NCBI GenBank assembly: GCA_040954595.2
Contig: CM082592.2
Location: forward strand, 3,550,735-3,614,734
Reading direction: 5' to 3'
DNA length: 64,000 nt
Origin: Balanoglossus misakiensis
Lineage: Eukaryota > Animalia > Hemichordata
Part shown: in pieces, positions 26,601 through 40,410 of the stretch
Numbering within the stretch: position 1 is the first letter of the stretch
Layout: each line of letters opens with the position of its first letter
Notes under the pieces: generated by a model
Databases searched by the model: none
The model's input: only the letters and a program-made list of their open reading frames with translations
Told to the model about the DNA's origin: nothing
Translations under genes and position numbers: made by a program

Positions 26601-29600
26601 GTTATTTTACAAGATCAATACGTTTATTGTGAAGTGCTTGCCGACCAAAAATTTTATTCGTTTTATAATCGAGGTGATGTTAACTTCTGTATTTTGTTTT
26701 ACACCGATAGCTGGAAACCAATCAAGGAATACATAGAGGAACAGTTTGAACAGTATTTCCAAGATGAGAGCGGTTTGAATCGTAAAAACATCGTGGACAA
26801 CCGTGTACATTGTTGCTTGTATTTTGTATCGCCGTATGGACGGGGGTGAGTTGTCAACTACCGTTATCTACAGTTTTGTAAACCGTCAAAGGTAAATGAT
26901 TTGAACTGCCCAAAGTTAAGTTTATCGTCCTTTTGTCTCTACAGACTTCGACCAATAGACGTAGAGTTTATGAAGCAATTACACGAGAAGGTCAATATCG
27001 TTCCAGTGATTGCCAAGGCGGATTGCTTGACGCCGGCAGAAGTGAATACTCTCAAACGAAGAGTAAGTGGAGATATAGGAGATGTTTCTTTGGGGGACTC
27101 GGGATCACGTGGTGTAACCGTTCGGTGGATGTCATGGCAGCATTGCATGTCGGCTGGTTGGTGTTGGTAGACATGCAAAACATGTTTACAGACGTCACGC
27201 CAAATAACTGGGGAAATATCCAGTGAATTTGAGCGTTAACTGGAATAATTCCAGTCCAAGCAGTCAGACACGTGAAGCATTCACGTACTGCTGTGTTCCC
27301 AGCGAGATTGTAGTTCACTAACGCTTATTGGCTCTAAATCAATTTGCGTGATCAGCATGTCTGTTGATAACAAAAGACTGTAACATGTTACAACCATTGT
27401 CCACACCTCTTATGACTGGCATTCTTAGACCAATAGTTTGTCCTTGCATTAGTATAAAAATAACCAATGTTCATTAATTAAGAATTATGTTACTGGGGAG
27501 TTCAAAATCTCAACTTGTTTCATTGTTTGTATATGTCCATCTTATCATGTCCTATCACAGACGTCCTAAATAGTTACTGACTGTTATATAATGTCTTCGA
27601 TAGGTATTAGACGATCTAGACGCACACGGCATCAAAATTTATGAGTTTCCAGACTGTGATTCCGACGAAGATGACGAGTTCAAACAGCAAGATAATGAAC
27701 TCAAGGTAAGGTTGTGTCTCATTATTTTAAAATCTTATCATTCTCTGTGCTACTTTCATATGTGAATGTGCTGTATTTCAATTCCCAGCCTGGATCACAA
27801 CCGAGCCCCACTTCTATGTTGCTTCAGGCTACATTATATTTTATTCGTTTCCCTTCCATGCGGTTGCATTGCATATCAAATATTCCACATGTGACAAACG
27901 AGATTCTTTCAGTTACCTAATCTATTGATAGATTGTAGTTTTTGCCCTTTCTGAAGCGTTATCGAAGGCAATATCGTAGATTTTGATTGGTTGATTGAAC
28001 TCCTGACCATACTGACGCGTCTTGTTATTGTTCACAGGCAAGCATTCCATTCGCTGTGATTGGCAGTAACACCATTGTAGAAGCCAATGGTAAGCGACTA
28101 CGAGGTCGTCTGTACCCATGGGGAATAGTGGAAGGTTAGTTTCCGGTTTATTTTGCATTGTAATACCTAGATGACGTTTGACACATATTTGTGTGTATAC
28201 CATAAATTATACAATACATGCAAGACTCAACAAGTAATTATTCTTCCCTTTTTTCACAGTTGAAAATCCCAAGCACTGCGACTTTGTAAAATTAAGGAAC
28301 ATGCTTATCAGGTATGACGTCATTTACATTGTACTAGTCGTATATGAGCATTTGTAGAGCTTCAATAGAAACTTGTTAAAATTTTCCACGTACTAGTAAC
28401 TTTAAGGAATTATTGCACACCAATGATCGGACAATTATTTATCACAGCCAAGTTATCACCTTACACGTGTGCATGTTTTGATTGGACACGTTTGCTTGCT
28501 TTCCGTAAACACTGTTTGTTTCTTCTATAACAGGACACACATGCATGACTTGAAGGAAGTGACGTGCGATGTCCATTATGAAAACTATCGTCTGAAACGC
28601 ATTGAAAGCTCAGGTCATCCATTCAACCCTGTCAGCGCAAAGGAACGCAAGTAAGAAAGATGATTATTTTCACTTTAAAAGTCAATCTTTTGTTTTTCGC
28701 ATTTTCTTTTACTTTGCTAATTGCCTCCCAATCTCCTCAGCCAGTATTTACTTTCGTTTTACTTTCAAACACCCTTTACAAATACAATGTATTTAATTAC
28801 GTGCACGTGCAAAGTTTTTATTTCTCGATTTTCCTCAATTGACGCATGGAATGTTTTAATTTCCTTTCCGTTTTAAGTTTTATTTTGAAGGCCTTTCTTC
28901 ATTTATTTCACGTTTTTGTTTTTTTATCTTCATTTTGCTACACAGGCATAAGTATTCATCGAAAGTTGAAAGGTAAAATTAAATTTTAAACAGCATTGGG
29001 TTTGGCACTTATAACTTTGGATATAGTTGGATGCACTTGGAACCTTCACTATCTGTAACTTTTGGCTATTTTTCACTATTTTGTTTAATTAATGTATGGA
29101 ATGAATTTTCTCGTTCAAATCCCTATAGTAGAATGAAATGCAAAGTATTTTGCTGCTCAACACGGATATTAGCATTACTATTGTCGATATTTGCTTACAC
29201 GACCGGATTGAATTCATTTGTCTACAATAATAATGGACATTATACACACTGAGCCTATGTTTATAAACAGTTCACTGGCTTTTAAGGATTTCGTAGGGAG
29301 CAGAACAAGAAAGTGTATTCGACTACAGCGAAACAGATCATACTGACAAAATAGCCAAAAGTTTTATTTAACTTGGTACTTATGGTATAACTGCATCAGC
29401 GGTGATGGGTGACTGGGTATACACTCTTTTGGTATAGTGTGAGCGTATTCTATTTATCTGTCGTCCTTCTTGGCTTAGAGGTCCTCCACATTCAATCGTC
29501 ACATCTATCATTAATAGCCAGTCTTAATGCCAAAACAAAGATCTTAATTCAAATTCCTTATGTCAAGTCCGACATTTCACTTTCCAGACAATAGTCTCTG

Positions 29601-30780
29601 CTCGAGGAACACAAGGAGGGTTACTGTGCTTTTTGATAGTTTGTGTGAAGTGTTTCTGTTCTGTTTCACGGTCGATTTTCATGTAAATTCCTTTTCCGCG
29701 TTAAAAAGCGTAAGTGTGAGCTAATGCGTTGTTGTTGTCGAAGACGGCGACAGAAAACTACTGAAATGGCATCATTAAATGCTCTCTTCGACTGTGGAGC
29801 GAGCGACAACAAAGACGAGAGTTCCTCTTTGAGTGGCTTACCCATACAAATTAAACCGCTAAACGTAACTTGAAATCTCGAATAGCCTTGCCAATCTATC
29901 AAAGCATCGTTTTACTCGCGGAGTTAGGGGTCAGAGGTCAGTCTAAAATAAACACAAGAGGTTGCCAAAAGTGGTGTTGTCTACAACACGAACCATTACT
30001 ATTATTTCATGTCGTCATAAAACAGCAAATTATGTCATGTGTGGCGGGGCTGCTTGATCCCTTCACGTTAATACTGTTTATCAGGTCGCAAAGTTCAGAC
30101 AGTCAGTGTCTGCATGTGGTATATCTGCTTTTCCCATTTAGCACGTATGTCGGTCGTGGGTGGTTACAAGGATGGGTCTGCACCCAGCCATACAAATCCA
30201 TAATTCATCTCCATATCAAATTTCTGGTGGAGGTTTCTCTGTAAAAATGTGTTTTCTCGACTCGAACAACTTAATTTTATCATCAATCTTTCTCGAATTG
30301 TCTCTGAGCGTGATATTTTCCAAGAATTGCCTTGAACTATTGTCACGGTTGATTAAGGGGGTTGAGTTAAAAGGGAAGCGAATGCAGACTTTAATCATCA
30401 GACTTAGACTACATGTTGTGTTTTTATGCACAAAGGAAAACTGGTGCTGGCCATTTAATAGCAACATTTACCAATGTGGGGACGAATATTATTTGACTAC
30501 CTAGAATTTAGATTAGAGACGATAACAATTTTGCTCAGAGACATGATAGGTACACGAGTTCTTATCGAAACTCTCATTTTATAATTGCAGCAAACTTAAG
30601 AGGGATTCCGTGGTCAATCTGGAGACCGATCGCCTCCTGCAAGAAAAGGACGACGAGATCAGACGAATGCAGGACATGCTCCAGAAGATGCAAGACCAGA
30701 TGAAGGCCCAACAAGCAGCAAACAACAACAATAACAGAAAACAAAATGGCCGACTTGGTGTGACATCACGTGACCTGTAA
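17627..30780 (+). CDS. Septin of the SEPT2 group (SEPT4/SEPT5-like)
   Basis: Core exons 24539-24842, 25967-26053, 26420-26543, 26711-26845, 26945-27062, 27604-27705, 28038-28134, 28260-28311, 28534-28650, (28946-28972), 30591-30780 (TAA). Motifs: [22 protein letters not shown]-loop [34 protein letters not shown], and coiled coil [13 protein letters not shown]. The 5' exons 17627-17708 and 17911-17936 are inferred from splice consensus and phase only. Confidence 0.92.
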
Positions 30781-32123
30781 ACAGAAGGACGCTCTCCAGT
30801 TAAAACCATAGAACTGTTAAGCAAAATAACATGCGCAGTAACAATTTTATGTGACTGTGCGAGTATTGTCCCCATTGACAGTTTGCTATGGTACCCCGCC
30901 TACCAAAGGAAGTTATTACCGCCCGGAGAAAATTCTTCGCGATCGAGGTGAAGAGCACGCCCCCTGAGTCGTACCTGTGCTACCTTCCGATATATTCCTT
31001 ACCGCTGCTTGTGTAACGGTAACGCTACTGCCAGATTAGACACTGGAAATTTTAGCACACTTCGAATCATATTGTTTCCCCCCCCCCTGAAAATATCCAT
31101 TCCATATTGTAAACAAATGTCTTTCCTAAACCTTTATCGAAAATGGTACACAATTATATTGTTTATTTAAACTATATATACCTGCTAGCTATAATCTTAA
31201 CATCTACCCAACTTTTGGAAAAGTTTCAGTATCAAAAACGAGGTAAAAGTAATTTTTCTACTCTATCGATTATTTGAAGTATTTATTTTCAATTTCAAAC
31301 TTCGTTCATATCCGACTGAGATGGACAGACTCTTTCATCTATGCATTTTATTTTTATAACTCTTCTTTGTATGCAAGTTTTTTTTTATGAATTCTTGTCT
31401 CTGCAGAGAAATTTTGTACCAAACAGTTAGCTATTCTCCGCCAGATTTATTATAAAACAACAATATATATTCAATGTTGATCGTGAAAAGACAGGAATTA
31501 CTTTCCTGTAAATTTGCATTTCGTAAACTGTACAACGTTGGCGGCATTTCACTCATTTGCAGAAACTCCTCCGCGATACAAACTTGTTGTAAGGTTCGTA
31601 CTTTATTGTATTCAGATGTTGTCGATGACGTCAGTCATCAATGAAGTTTGTGGAAAAGTTTGTTTCAAAAACTAAATTTGAGATGTGAAATTTCATTACA
31701 TTTTTGAAGGTTTATACGCATACTTTACTCCTCTGGTAATTATTATTGGGTACGTGACCTTTGACCTGCTGACTCATATTAAGGTGCAATACTGTTAAAT
31801 TGTGATGGGGAGGTCCCTTTGTTAATTTTACGTGCAGCTGTGATTCTCTCGGAAAGAAAATGTCAACCCAAGTACATAGACAGATATGAAAGTGGTTATT
31901 CGCGATGTGTTGACTGTAGACGAATCCGTGAAGACGAACACAAATTTACAAACATTTTTACTGGGCATATTTTGTTGCGCATATCATTTTCACGCCTTTT
32001 CTATTTAAATATGTCATCCATGATTAACCCGTGGGGAATTTCCCCTCTAAACAAGGGCGACACGAACAAAGCCTAGAAACTCTCCCCACGGGTCTGTTGT
32101 CTTCGTTAAAGAGGGACGATGAC

Positions 32124-32216
32124 TTAACCTTTTCACCCCCAGTTTCCTCTTTAGAGGTCCAACCTTACCATAGAAAACAATGAATTTGGGCCAAACCATG
32201 GCGGTGAAAGGGTTAA
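32124..32216. mobile_element. Short TTAA-flanked (piggyBac-like) MITE in the septin 3' region
   Basis: TTAA-CCTTTTCACCCCCA...TGGCGGTGAAAGGG-TTAA; same family as 10395-10487. Confidence 0.8.
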
Positions 32217-35200
32217 ACGCTGGGTGTAGAAAATTGACGAGCCTAGAGTTGAAGGACGGTGACTCCCAAAGCAAAACCTGTTATATATCAATCTTTCAGC
32301 ATCATCACAAGTGTAACAGGAAGCTACCCTCAGTTGGATAGCCAGCGAAATCAAAAGGCGCCACCACGTGTTCAAACGCGTGACTGTAGAAATATTGCAG
32401 TCGCGAAGAATATATATTTCCATAATGATTATAATAGCGCGTATTAGAAAGTTAGGAATAATAAATTGAAAGATAAATAGATGTTGATTGCTTTGTTGGT
32501 ATTCATATTTATGCCGTTAACGTTGTGAGTCTCCTTAAGTTATATGTATGTATTGATTACTAGACATTCACACATGCCCAATAAAATTACGTTAACGAAC
32601 TGAATATTGCATCCAAGTCATTGTTCCAATGTTGTTGTGTGAATGCTAAAGATTGAACTGCTGGTATGTCGTGTTGTGCATGCCCAACCAGTCAAACAAG
32701 CGGTATGGATTTATATTTGCTGTGAAATGGAATTTTCGGTCAAACATTTCAAGGTGTCCTTGGTGGGAAGTGCAGGTCTATTACTTCTGATGCCTACAGC
32801 TATACGTTTTATCAGCAGTCAGGTTTCTGTACCATTGATTATATTTAAAAGTTGCAGACAGTATTTCATATTCTGAAGTCTGACACACGAGGGCGCTGCA
32901 TCAAATCTATACAAACGCACGATTTCACCCACTGACCATGACCATGACAAGGACAGTCACACAAGAAGCAGTCATATAGGCCAGCAGACAAACTAAATAT
33001 ACGACAACTTCGGTTTGAAAAGTTTTATTTTACAATGAAAATCAAAATATTTCCACACCCACAAAAGGTGAAAATATAAAATGTGAGATATATATAAAAT
33101 ATACATAGCCAAATATTTACATATCAAACTATAACATCACTCAGATCAGATTCATGTAAAGGTCACAGATCATTCATGTATCTTTAAAATTGTACCAAGA
33201 GTTATGATTTCATCAAAATGTATTAATATTGAAGAATGTAGTCCATATACGTACTGCTTACATAGAAAGCACATATAAATTTAGCAGCCAAAAACAAAAC
33301 AAAGCCAAACAAAAAAGACGTACAAATATTAAAACTACTGAACTTAAAATCACACTAATATTACTGAGTCAGTGCCACGCAGTTAAAAAGCAAACTGAAC
33401 AATTTTTTAACGTAACATATTACAAAAAGGCATGTATCATATTGAAAGTAAAGTTAGGATGCTTCAAGTGCAAAATGGTATGTTAGTCTTTCTCGACATG
33501 GTTAACTTACAGCAATAGGTGTGGAAAGTAGCGAGGGATTGTGTGTGTGTGCACGTGTATGTGTGTGAATGGACGATATACTATACAAGTCTGAACAGTG
33601 TAGACACACGGACAGGAACTGGAACATGTAGGGCAACATGCAAAGTGGATTCTGGTTCGTCAACTTGTCGTCAAACCAATCTACAAGGAGGTGTACACCA
33701 GGTGTGTGCTTGAGACAACCAATCAGATTAGACCGTTGGCACCTGCACGTTGCCCAACCACGAGAAATGAAGGAATCTCACATAAATACATTTAGTTGGG
33801 TTGTCATATTTAAACAGTGCTGATTAAATTTGAAGCCGAGTCGAAAGGTTGCTTTTGATTGGCCAACTCGTTTGTCGACCCAAAGCAGGTGCACAAACGG
33901 TGTATGAATGATCTTACAATTGCAGACTATTCTGTAAACTTAATTTGACGGAAATCATCATAACTGCTCACAAGAAATTGGACGAGTAACACTTAGTTGT
34001 ATTGCCGGCAGATATGATCAGTTCAACATCTGACAATTGAGTGAGTTTTTGTGAACAGTTTCCTCGCATGGACGGATGGGATTTAACAGATATCAAGCGG
34101 ACTTGGTAACTTCATTCCTGACTCTCAGATTCCATCGTCACAAATCAGTGTAGGCTAATAAGTTTTATCGTGCAACGCGGACGGACACTACAACTACAGT
34201 ATTTTATGACAACCAACAACGTATTGTTTTTAAATAAATTAATTATCATAATAGTGTGAGGTTATGTAAATGCTAATGAGTTGAAGTGACTTACGTAAGC
34301 GTTCAATGGACGAAAATAGACACTTATGTACTACAGTTATAAAAAAATTGCGTTTTGATCGATATGAGCAGGCTTGTATTTAAGTGACATGACCCGGATG
34401 TTAAACCGCCATTGCTGTCCAATGTTTGGGGTTATTTTACCGCTAAGTGTACATGCCAACTTCACCTGAAGAGATCGGTCAGTACGCGAGTTATTAACCG
34501 ACTTCATGCAATGAACATAAATTAAAGTTCTGAAAAGATCAAACCAAATTGTTTTGAAATCAAGATATTGATTAAATCATTGATTGCAGCACCATTCCAG
34601 GGGACAATGTTCAGGAATGGGCTGGAAAGAAAATTCTCGCAATGGATGGAAACGTGTGTCGACTGCCGCTTTAGTGCGCAAGTGACTGTGCATTCACGAA
34701 AACTGCTACTGAATTTATAATTATCAGACGAGCAGCTCACTATCGAAGGCAATGCGTTACGTCTGAGAGTTTGGAATTGATGAAATTCGTCCAATTATGG
34801 CATGACTGTAGATAGCAGTTCCGTTTTCGCAACATTCCCTGCTACGATTAAAAAAAAATAATTTTCCCAAATGTTTGTAAATCGCATCTTGTTGAGAGGT
34901 TATTGAGGACGGGTGCAAAAGTTTAGTACGTAACGACAATTAAATACAACTTTACTATACAAAAGTAATGGCCGGAAAGGTCATCAGATAAAAAGAAAAT
35001 ACATGTACGACATTTTATCTGACTCGTTTACTAGCACTGTCACCATGGTGACGTGTTCTTGGCATTAAAGCTTTCAGGGATGGTTGAGAAATTCTGATGA
35101 CATGTCGGATCAATTTAGACAACCGTTGACGTTTTAGCTGTCTGAGCACAAAAACAAATATGCGAAATTACCCACAATTCTGTCTGATGTGTACACGTCG

Positions 35201-36075
35201 AAAATTATGGTCAAAAAAGTTCTGTTCGACTAATTCCATAATATTGTTTCACTTTAAAATATCAATTAATGTATAAAATAGTAAATAACTCTAATGAATT
35301 CACAATCTGCTATCATTTACTTACGTAAATTTCTCTGAATTGTCATGTTTACGAAAAATCAATATCCTTTTCTCGGTCTATAAATTGAGTTTTACGTGCC
35401 AAAAAAATCTGATCATTGCAAAACTGGTTGTCAGATTTCATCCTTAATTGCCGTTTCTTTCAAGTCAACGTTGTTATTTCTCTTAATAGTTAAACTTTGG
35501 TATTCAGAAAGATAAAAACACAAATGATAGGTCACTCAAATAATTATGTACTGGAAAGATGGCGGTAGAAGATGCAACGTGCAAACAGATCAGACTGAAT
35601 CATGAAGAAATATCACATAGTACACAAACCAACATTTTACAGTTGGTAAATATCGTTTCAAAACTCCACTGATATTTGGTAAACTAGTGGAAGGTACGTC
35701 TTGGAGTTACAGGCTCACTCGAAATCTCTCCGCCGGCCGCACCAATAATCACCACACGCAAGGAGTTCTTAAGTATGGCGCTGACGTTTACACACACGGT
35801 TAAGGCAGGCTTTTTGGATTAGACCACAGACTGGGATTTCGGTGATGCATTGATGCCGCAAGTGAAACTGGTCACTGAAACGCTGATAGCTCTCGTCTTT
35901 AAAAACAGAGTTGCATTAACGAACGCCACTCTCAAACTACGCTTAACCAAAGCGTTTTCTCGCTGCTCTCTCGATAGTACATGTGGTATGGTGTACTTCA
36001 AGCAATAGACTTGCGAGTGAAATAGGCCTATATCTTGCTGTAGTGTATCACACACTGAACTCGCTATTTTCCATC

Positions 36076-39000
36076 TCAAAAATACTCAGTGTCCGTTGAA
36101 TCGCTGTCATAAACGCCCATTTCTTTAAAATTTGCTCGTTCAAGAGTCGGTGTAACGGGTCTTATTGGGGGTCTCTCATTTGACGTCGTGCCGGTTGATG
36201 ACGTGGAGGAAGATCTGATGATGGTCGATCTTCCGGTAACCAAGGGTGCCGCCATTTTGTTTATCGGCGGCTGTTTTCTTTCTGGCGAGTGGTGACTTGA
36301 AGTTGAACTGTAATGATTGAAAAAATCCTCGAAGCCTGAGTCCATACCGTAGCCGTTGGTAGTCGGTGACGGTTTTTCATCATAAAACACATCCGCGCTA
36401 TCCTGAGAAGTTGATCGTGTCAATGTCCCGTGAGCAAAACTGTCGGGAATTTCGTGAGATTTCTCCGGGGCTTTATGTTGTTCGAATTCTGTCTTGTTGT
36501 CCTCAACGACAGTCACTTCGGTTTTGCTGTCGCCGTTATTGCTATCAGAACGTTCAACACTTCTTTCCTCGTGGGAACTCCTAACATTTCCTTCAAATTC
36601 ATACGTTGTGTTGTTGCTGGTGTTACTGCTGAGACTTGGGTTGGAGGCTGAACGAGTCCGATTTTTGTCGGCAGCTCGGTTTCTCAGTTTGCTGAGGCTA
36701 CTGAGGCTGCTGCCTACACTGGCTCTGGGCGTCGTTTGGTGACCGCTTTTGTTGCCGCCATGATGGAAAATCGGCACGGGGATTTTTGTCGGACTGTCCG
36801 GGAAAGGGTCTACTCTCTTGGGGAGATAAAACTTCGGTTCTAGTTTGTGGAAAGATGGCACAGGAGAGCACGGCCTCAGGGCAGAATGCCTGATGCTTCT
36901 GTTGAGCCCTTCATTGAACGTCACGCGCGCCCTTCTTTGATCAGACGAATTTGAACTGTCGTCTGCTTCGTCGTCCGAGTCGTACGCATCCAGCTGCCCC
37001 TTTTTCGACCCGCCAATAAATCGTTTCATCGCATCGTGGAGTCGCTGTTTGCCTCTGTCCCGTTGATTGTAGGATGAGGAGGACCCGTCTGCCCCGTAAT
37101 CTCGCGACCTGGCTTGTCGTCTCTCGAAGTCTCGCGGCTCGGGTGTCTTTGAGCGGTACCTTATTTGGTTTCTGTCATTCCTAAGACTATCCTCCATTTC
37201 CCTGCGTCTGGCTCTTTCTGGTGAAACAGAACGACAGCGTCGACGCGCGATTTCTCTATCTTCTTGCTCCCGCGTTCGACGACTGGAAATTCGCGATGAT
37301 GGTCGTTCAGTCGGAGTTTCTCGTTCTCGAGATCTTCCTGGCTGAGTGGAGGCCTGTTTCTGATAAGAGTTTTCTGATTTGAGAACACGATGGCCTCCGC
37401 CGTCAGTTCGTGATATAACAAACACAACGTCGTCCTTTTGCGGTTTCGATACTCTCGAGAATTCTCGCGTTTGTGTAGGCTCTGTCGACCTCGGTGCTGG
37501 ACTGCTTCGTCCGGATGATCTCGCTCTCGACGGCGCTGGACTAGTCGCTCTTGGTCGCTCTATGAAACTCGGACTGGCCCTCCCCGATCTCGTCGGCGTT
37601 GGCGCGGGACTCGTAGCTCTTGCCCGCATTCTTTCTTTTCGCTCCTTCTCTCTGTCAATCAAACTGCTACCTGTACGCGTCGACGTTGGCGTCGCCGATC
37701 GTGCCGGTGTCGACGACCGATCTCTGTTCGGCGGCACCGAACGCGACCTGGTGGGAACGGGGCTGGATCGTCCCGTCCTCGATGTAGGTCGTTCCGCCTC
37801 TCTCTCGAACGGTCGCGGACTCGATCGCCCCGTTGAACGGGGGTGAGGGTGCTCGCTCTCTTGGCTAACTTCGAGCAAGCCCGATCTGGATGAACGCAAC
37901 GCTGGCGATGGGCTCGACCGCCCGCTTCTGATGTACTCGGCAATCGGCGACGGACTTGACCTTCCCGAGGATCTCATCGGCGCTGGAGTGTCGGGAAGCG
38001 ACCTCCCCTCTCCTCGCTTCGGGAATGTCGACATTCTGTTGTTACCTGATATATCATATGACGGATGGTCCAACCTGGTGCTATTGTTCCAGTCCGTGCC
38101 AGTCGGTTGGCAGCTGTGACCTCCGCTTTTCCTCGAAGACGACGTGTCGCTAGCGCTGTCTGAGCTGTCCGGATGAAACGCCTTTGGACCCGGAGACTTC
38201 GCTCTGCCTCGTCGCTGGTGTTCTCCGCGAGTTTGAGATGACGACGTAATTTCACGGTGTGTCATGTACGTTTGTCTCGAGCTCTGTTGCGGAATTTCCC
38301 AGTCCTCGGTGTTAACATCGCCTTCTTGTGAGTGTGTTTCAGCCCCGGTAGATGTTGGCTGCGCAGGACTCTCAGTTACAAGACTCTTATAGTCATCATC
38401 ATCGTTATCGTCGTGATTGATCATGTACTTGTTAGGAGCAGAAGAAGTCGGGCGTCCTCGTTTACGACTCTCATCTTCGGGGCTGTAATCACCGTCATCA
38501 TTGTTCATATATTTATTTGGTGCGGGAGCAGTCGGTCGCCCTCGCCTGCGACTGTCGTTTTCTGGGCTGTAATAGTTATCATCATCGTTCGTATATTTAT
38601 TTGGCGCGGGAGAAGTTGGTCGTCCTCGTCTGCGACTGTCGGTTTCTGGGCTGTAATAGTTATCATCATTGTTCGTATATTTATTTGGCGCGGGAGAAGT
38701 TGGTCGTCCTCGTCTGCGACTGTCGGTTTCAGGGCTGTAATAGTTATCATCATTGTTCGTATATTTATTTGGCGCGGGAGAAGTTGGTCGTCCTCGCCTG
38801 CGACTATAATTTTCTGGACTGTGGTAATCGTTATCATCATTGTTCATGTACTTATTTGGCGCAGGCGACGTTGGTCGGCCGCGTCTGGGGCTCTCAGTCA
38901 CCCGGTTGTTATAAAAGCTGTCGTCATGATTCATACTTCTGTTCGGTCCGGGAGAAGCCGCGCGTCCCCGTCTCCGAATGTCTTGACTTGACGAGGTCCT

Positions 39001-40410
39001 AGGGGAGGCCGGGCGTGGCGCTCTAGTCGGCGTCTGAGGCCTGGCTGATGAGTTGTCGCCGCGGTCAGCGTCTCCGTTCATGGAAGCGTACCTGGACGAT
39101 CTCGCCGGAGATTCGGGCGAGTGGTTCAGAGAGCCGTTCGACGACATGAGCGATGACCGTCTGGCATTTTCGACCGACTGTCGCAGGAGCGGGCCATCCG
39201 CACTGCTCCGCAAATTGTCGTCTCTGTGAGACAGCCTCCCGGTGCTCCCGGACTTCCTCATCGGGGTGGTTGACGATAGCGACGGCGATGGCGCGCGGTT
39301 TTTGCTGTAGTCGTTCTCGCGAGAAGTTCGCCGCGTGTTCGAGTCGCCATTTTGCATATTGACGTTACCGGTGCTATGGAAACGATGATGCAACTTGTTG
39401 TTATTCTTGTTGATTTCCTGAGACATCCTAAAACACAACAGAGATATCCAAGATGATTAATTTTCAATACAAGTATGTAAATTCACAAAAATAAAGGTAA
39501 ACCAGGTATTGACGCCAGTGCAAACACAACTCGGAGCAGTCAACTAAAGAACGAGATTGAAATTTGAATTTATGAAAGTGGTCACAATGCCAATGCCAAG
39601 TACGCAACGCTTGTTTTATCTTAACACCTTTCGAAAGTCTAATCACTTACTTAATAGGGCGTCCCTATTCCTTCGAACGAGTTTGACAATAATATTTATT
39701 TTTTTTCTGTAATAATTCAATAATTGTTAACTTGAATGTGGCGGATATTCTTGTTACATTCTATCTGTCGTGCTTTATTTTCATGGATTGAGCCACTGGA
39801 CCGTGGTTGAGCTCAGTCCATTGACCTAACCATTCCATTTCATATGATACCAGTCAGATAACCACTAATTACAACGCTTGTGGTAGTTGTTTGAAGAGCT
39901 GACGACAACAGACTATTGTGGATGCAATGATAGGCTATAAATATTGCTGTTCAGTTAGAAGATGGGCGTTTGATTTATTCCAACAAAACCAACAACAGAT
40001 CATGACGTCGTATAGATACTTGACATACAGGATGGTGATGTATGGCATTACTTGGTAAAAACATCAGAGCATTTTCATTAAAAATGGTGCGCGGAATGTC
40101 CAGAAACACGTCAAATCGAGATTGTTGTACAGTTATCACATTTGCGCACCAATTTTGTTCAAGATTTACGCTCGACTACATAGGCTTCAGAGTTTTTATG
40201 AGACAATTTCGTTTCATCAATCAATTTCCACTTTAGAGAAAACCTGACGTGCTTTACGCACATGGAGACACACAGACACGCACGCACGTGCGCGCGCTCA
40301 CATAATCACACACAGTCAAGCTTACCTTGGTTTTGAGTTGTAACTTGAAACGTTTGGTGAGCTTGGTCTGCGCACTATAGTAGTATCTTGAAGCCGAGCT
40401 GCTTTGTGAA
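36076..40410 (-). CDS. Large Ser/Arg/Pro-rich, probably disordered protein of unknown function (>1100 aa), encoded mostly by one 3.35-kb terminal exon
   Basis: Uninterrupted ORF 36076-39427 preceded by the acceptor TGTTTTAG (in-frame ATG at 39426). An upstream exon 40410-40326 (TTTTCAG.. / ..AAG|GTAAG) is open in the joining phase (HKAARLQDTTIVRRPSSPNVSSYNSKPR). The first exon was not located. Confidence 0.8.
38400..38900 (-). repeat. Coding 84-bp tandem repeat (28-aa unit RRRGRPTSPAPNKYTNNDDNYYSPETDS), about 6 copies
   Basis: CTGCGACTGTC recurs at 38546 and 38630 (period 84); the repeat is visible in the translation. Confidence 0.92.

Noticed and set aside
29700-29873. Short coding-looking stretch ([10 protein letters not shown]...) in the last septin intron
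   Set aside because: The nearest acceptor gives an immediate stop in the septin phase, and the ORF is short.
37379-39002. Plus-strand ORFs of 155-219 aa
   Set aside because: Antisense shadows of the long low-complexity minus-strand CDS and its 84-bp repeat.
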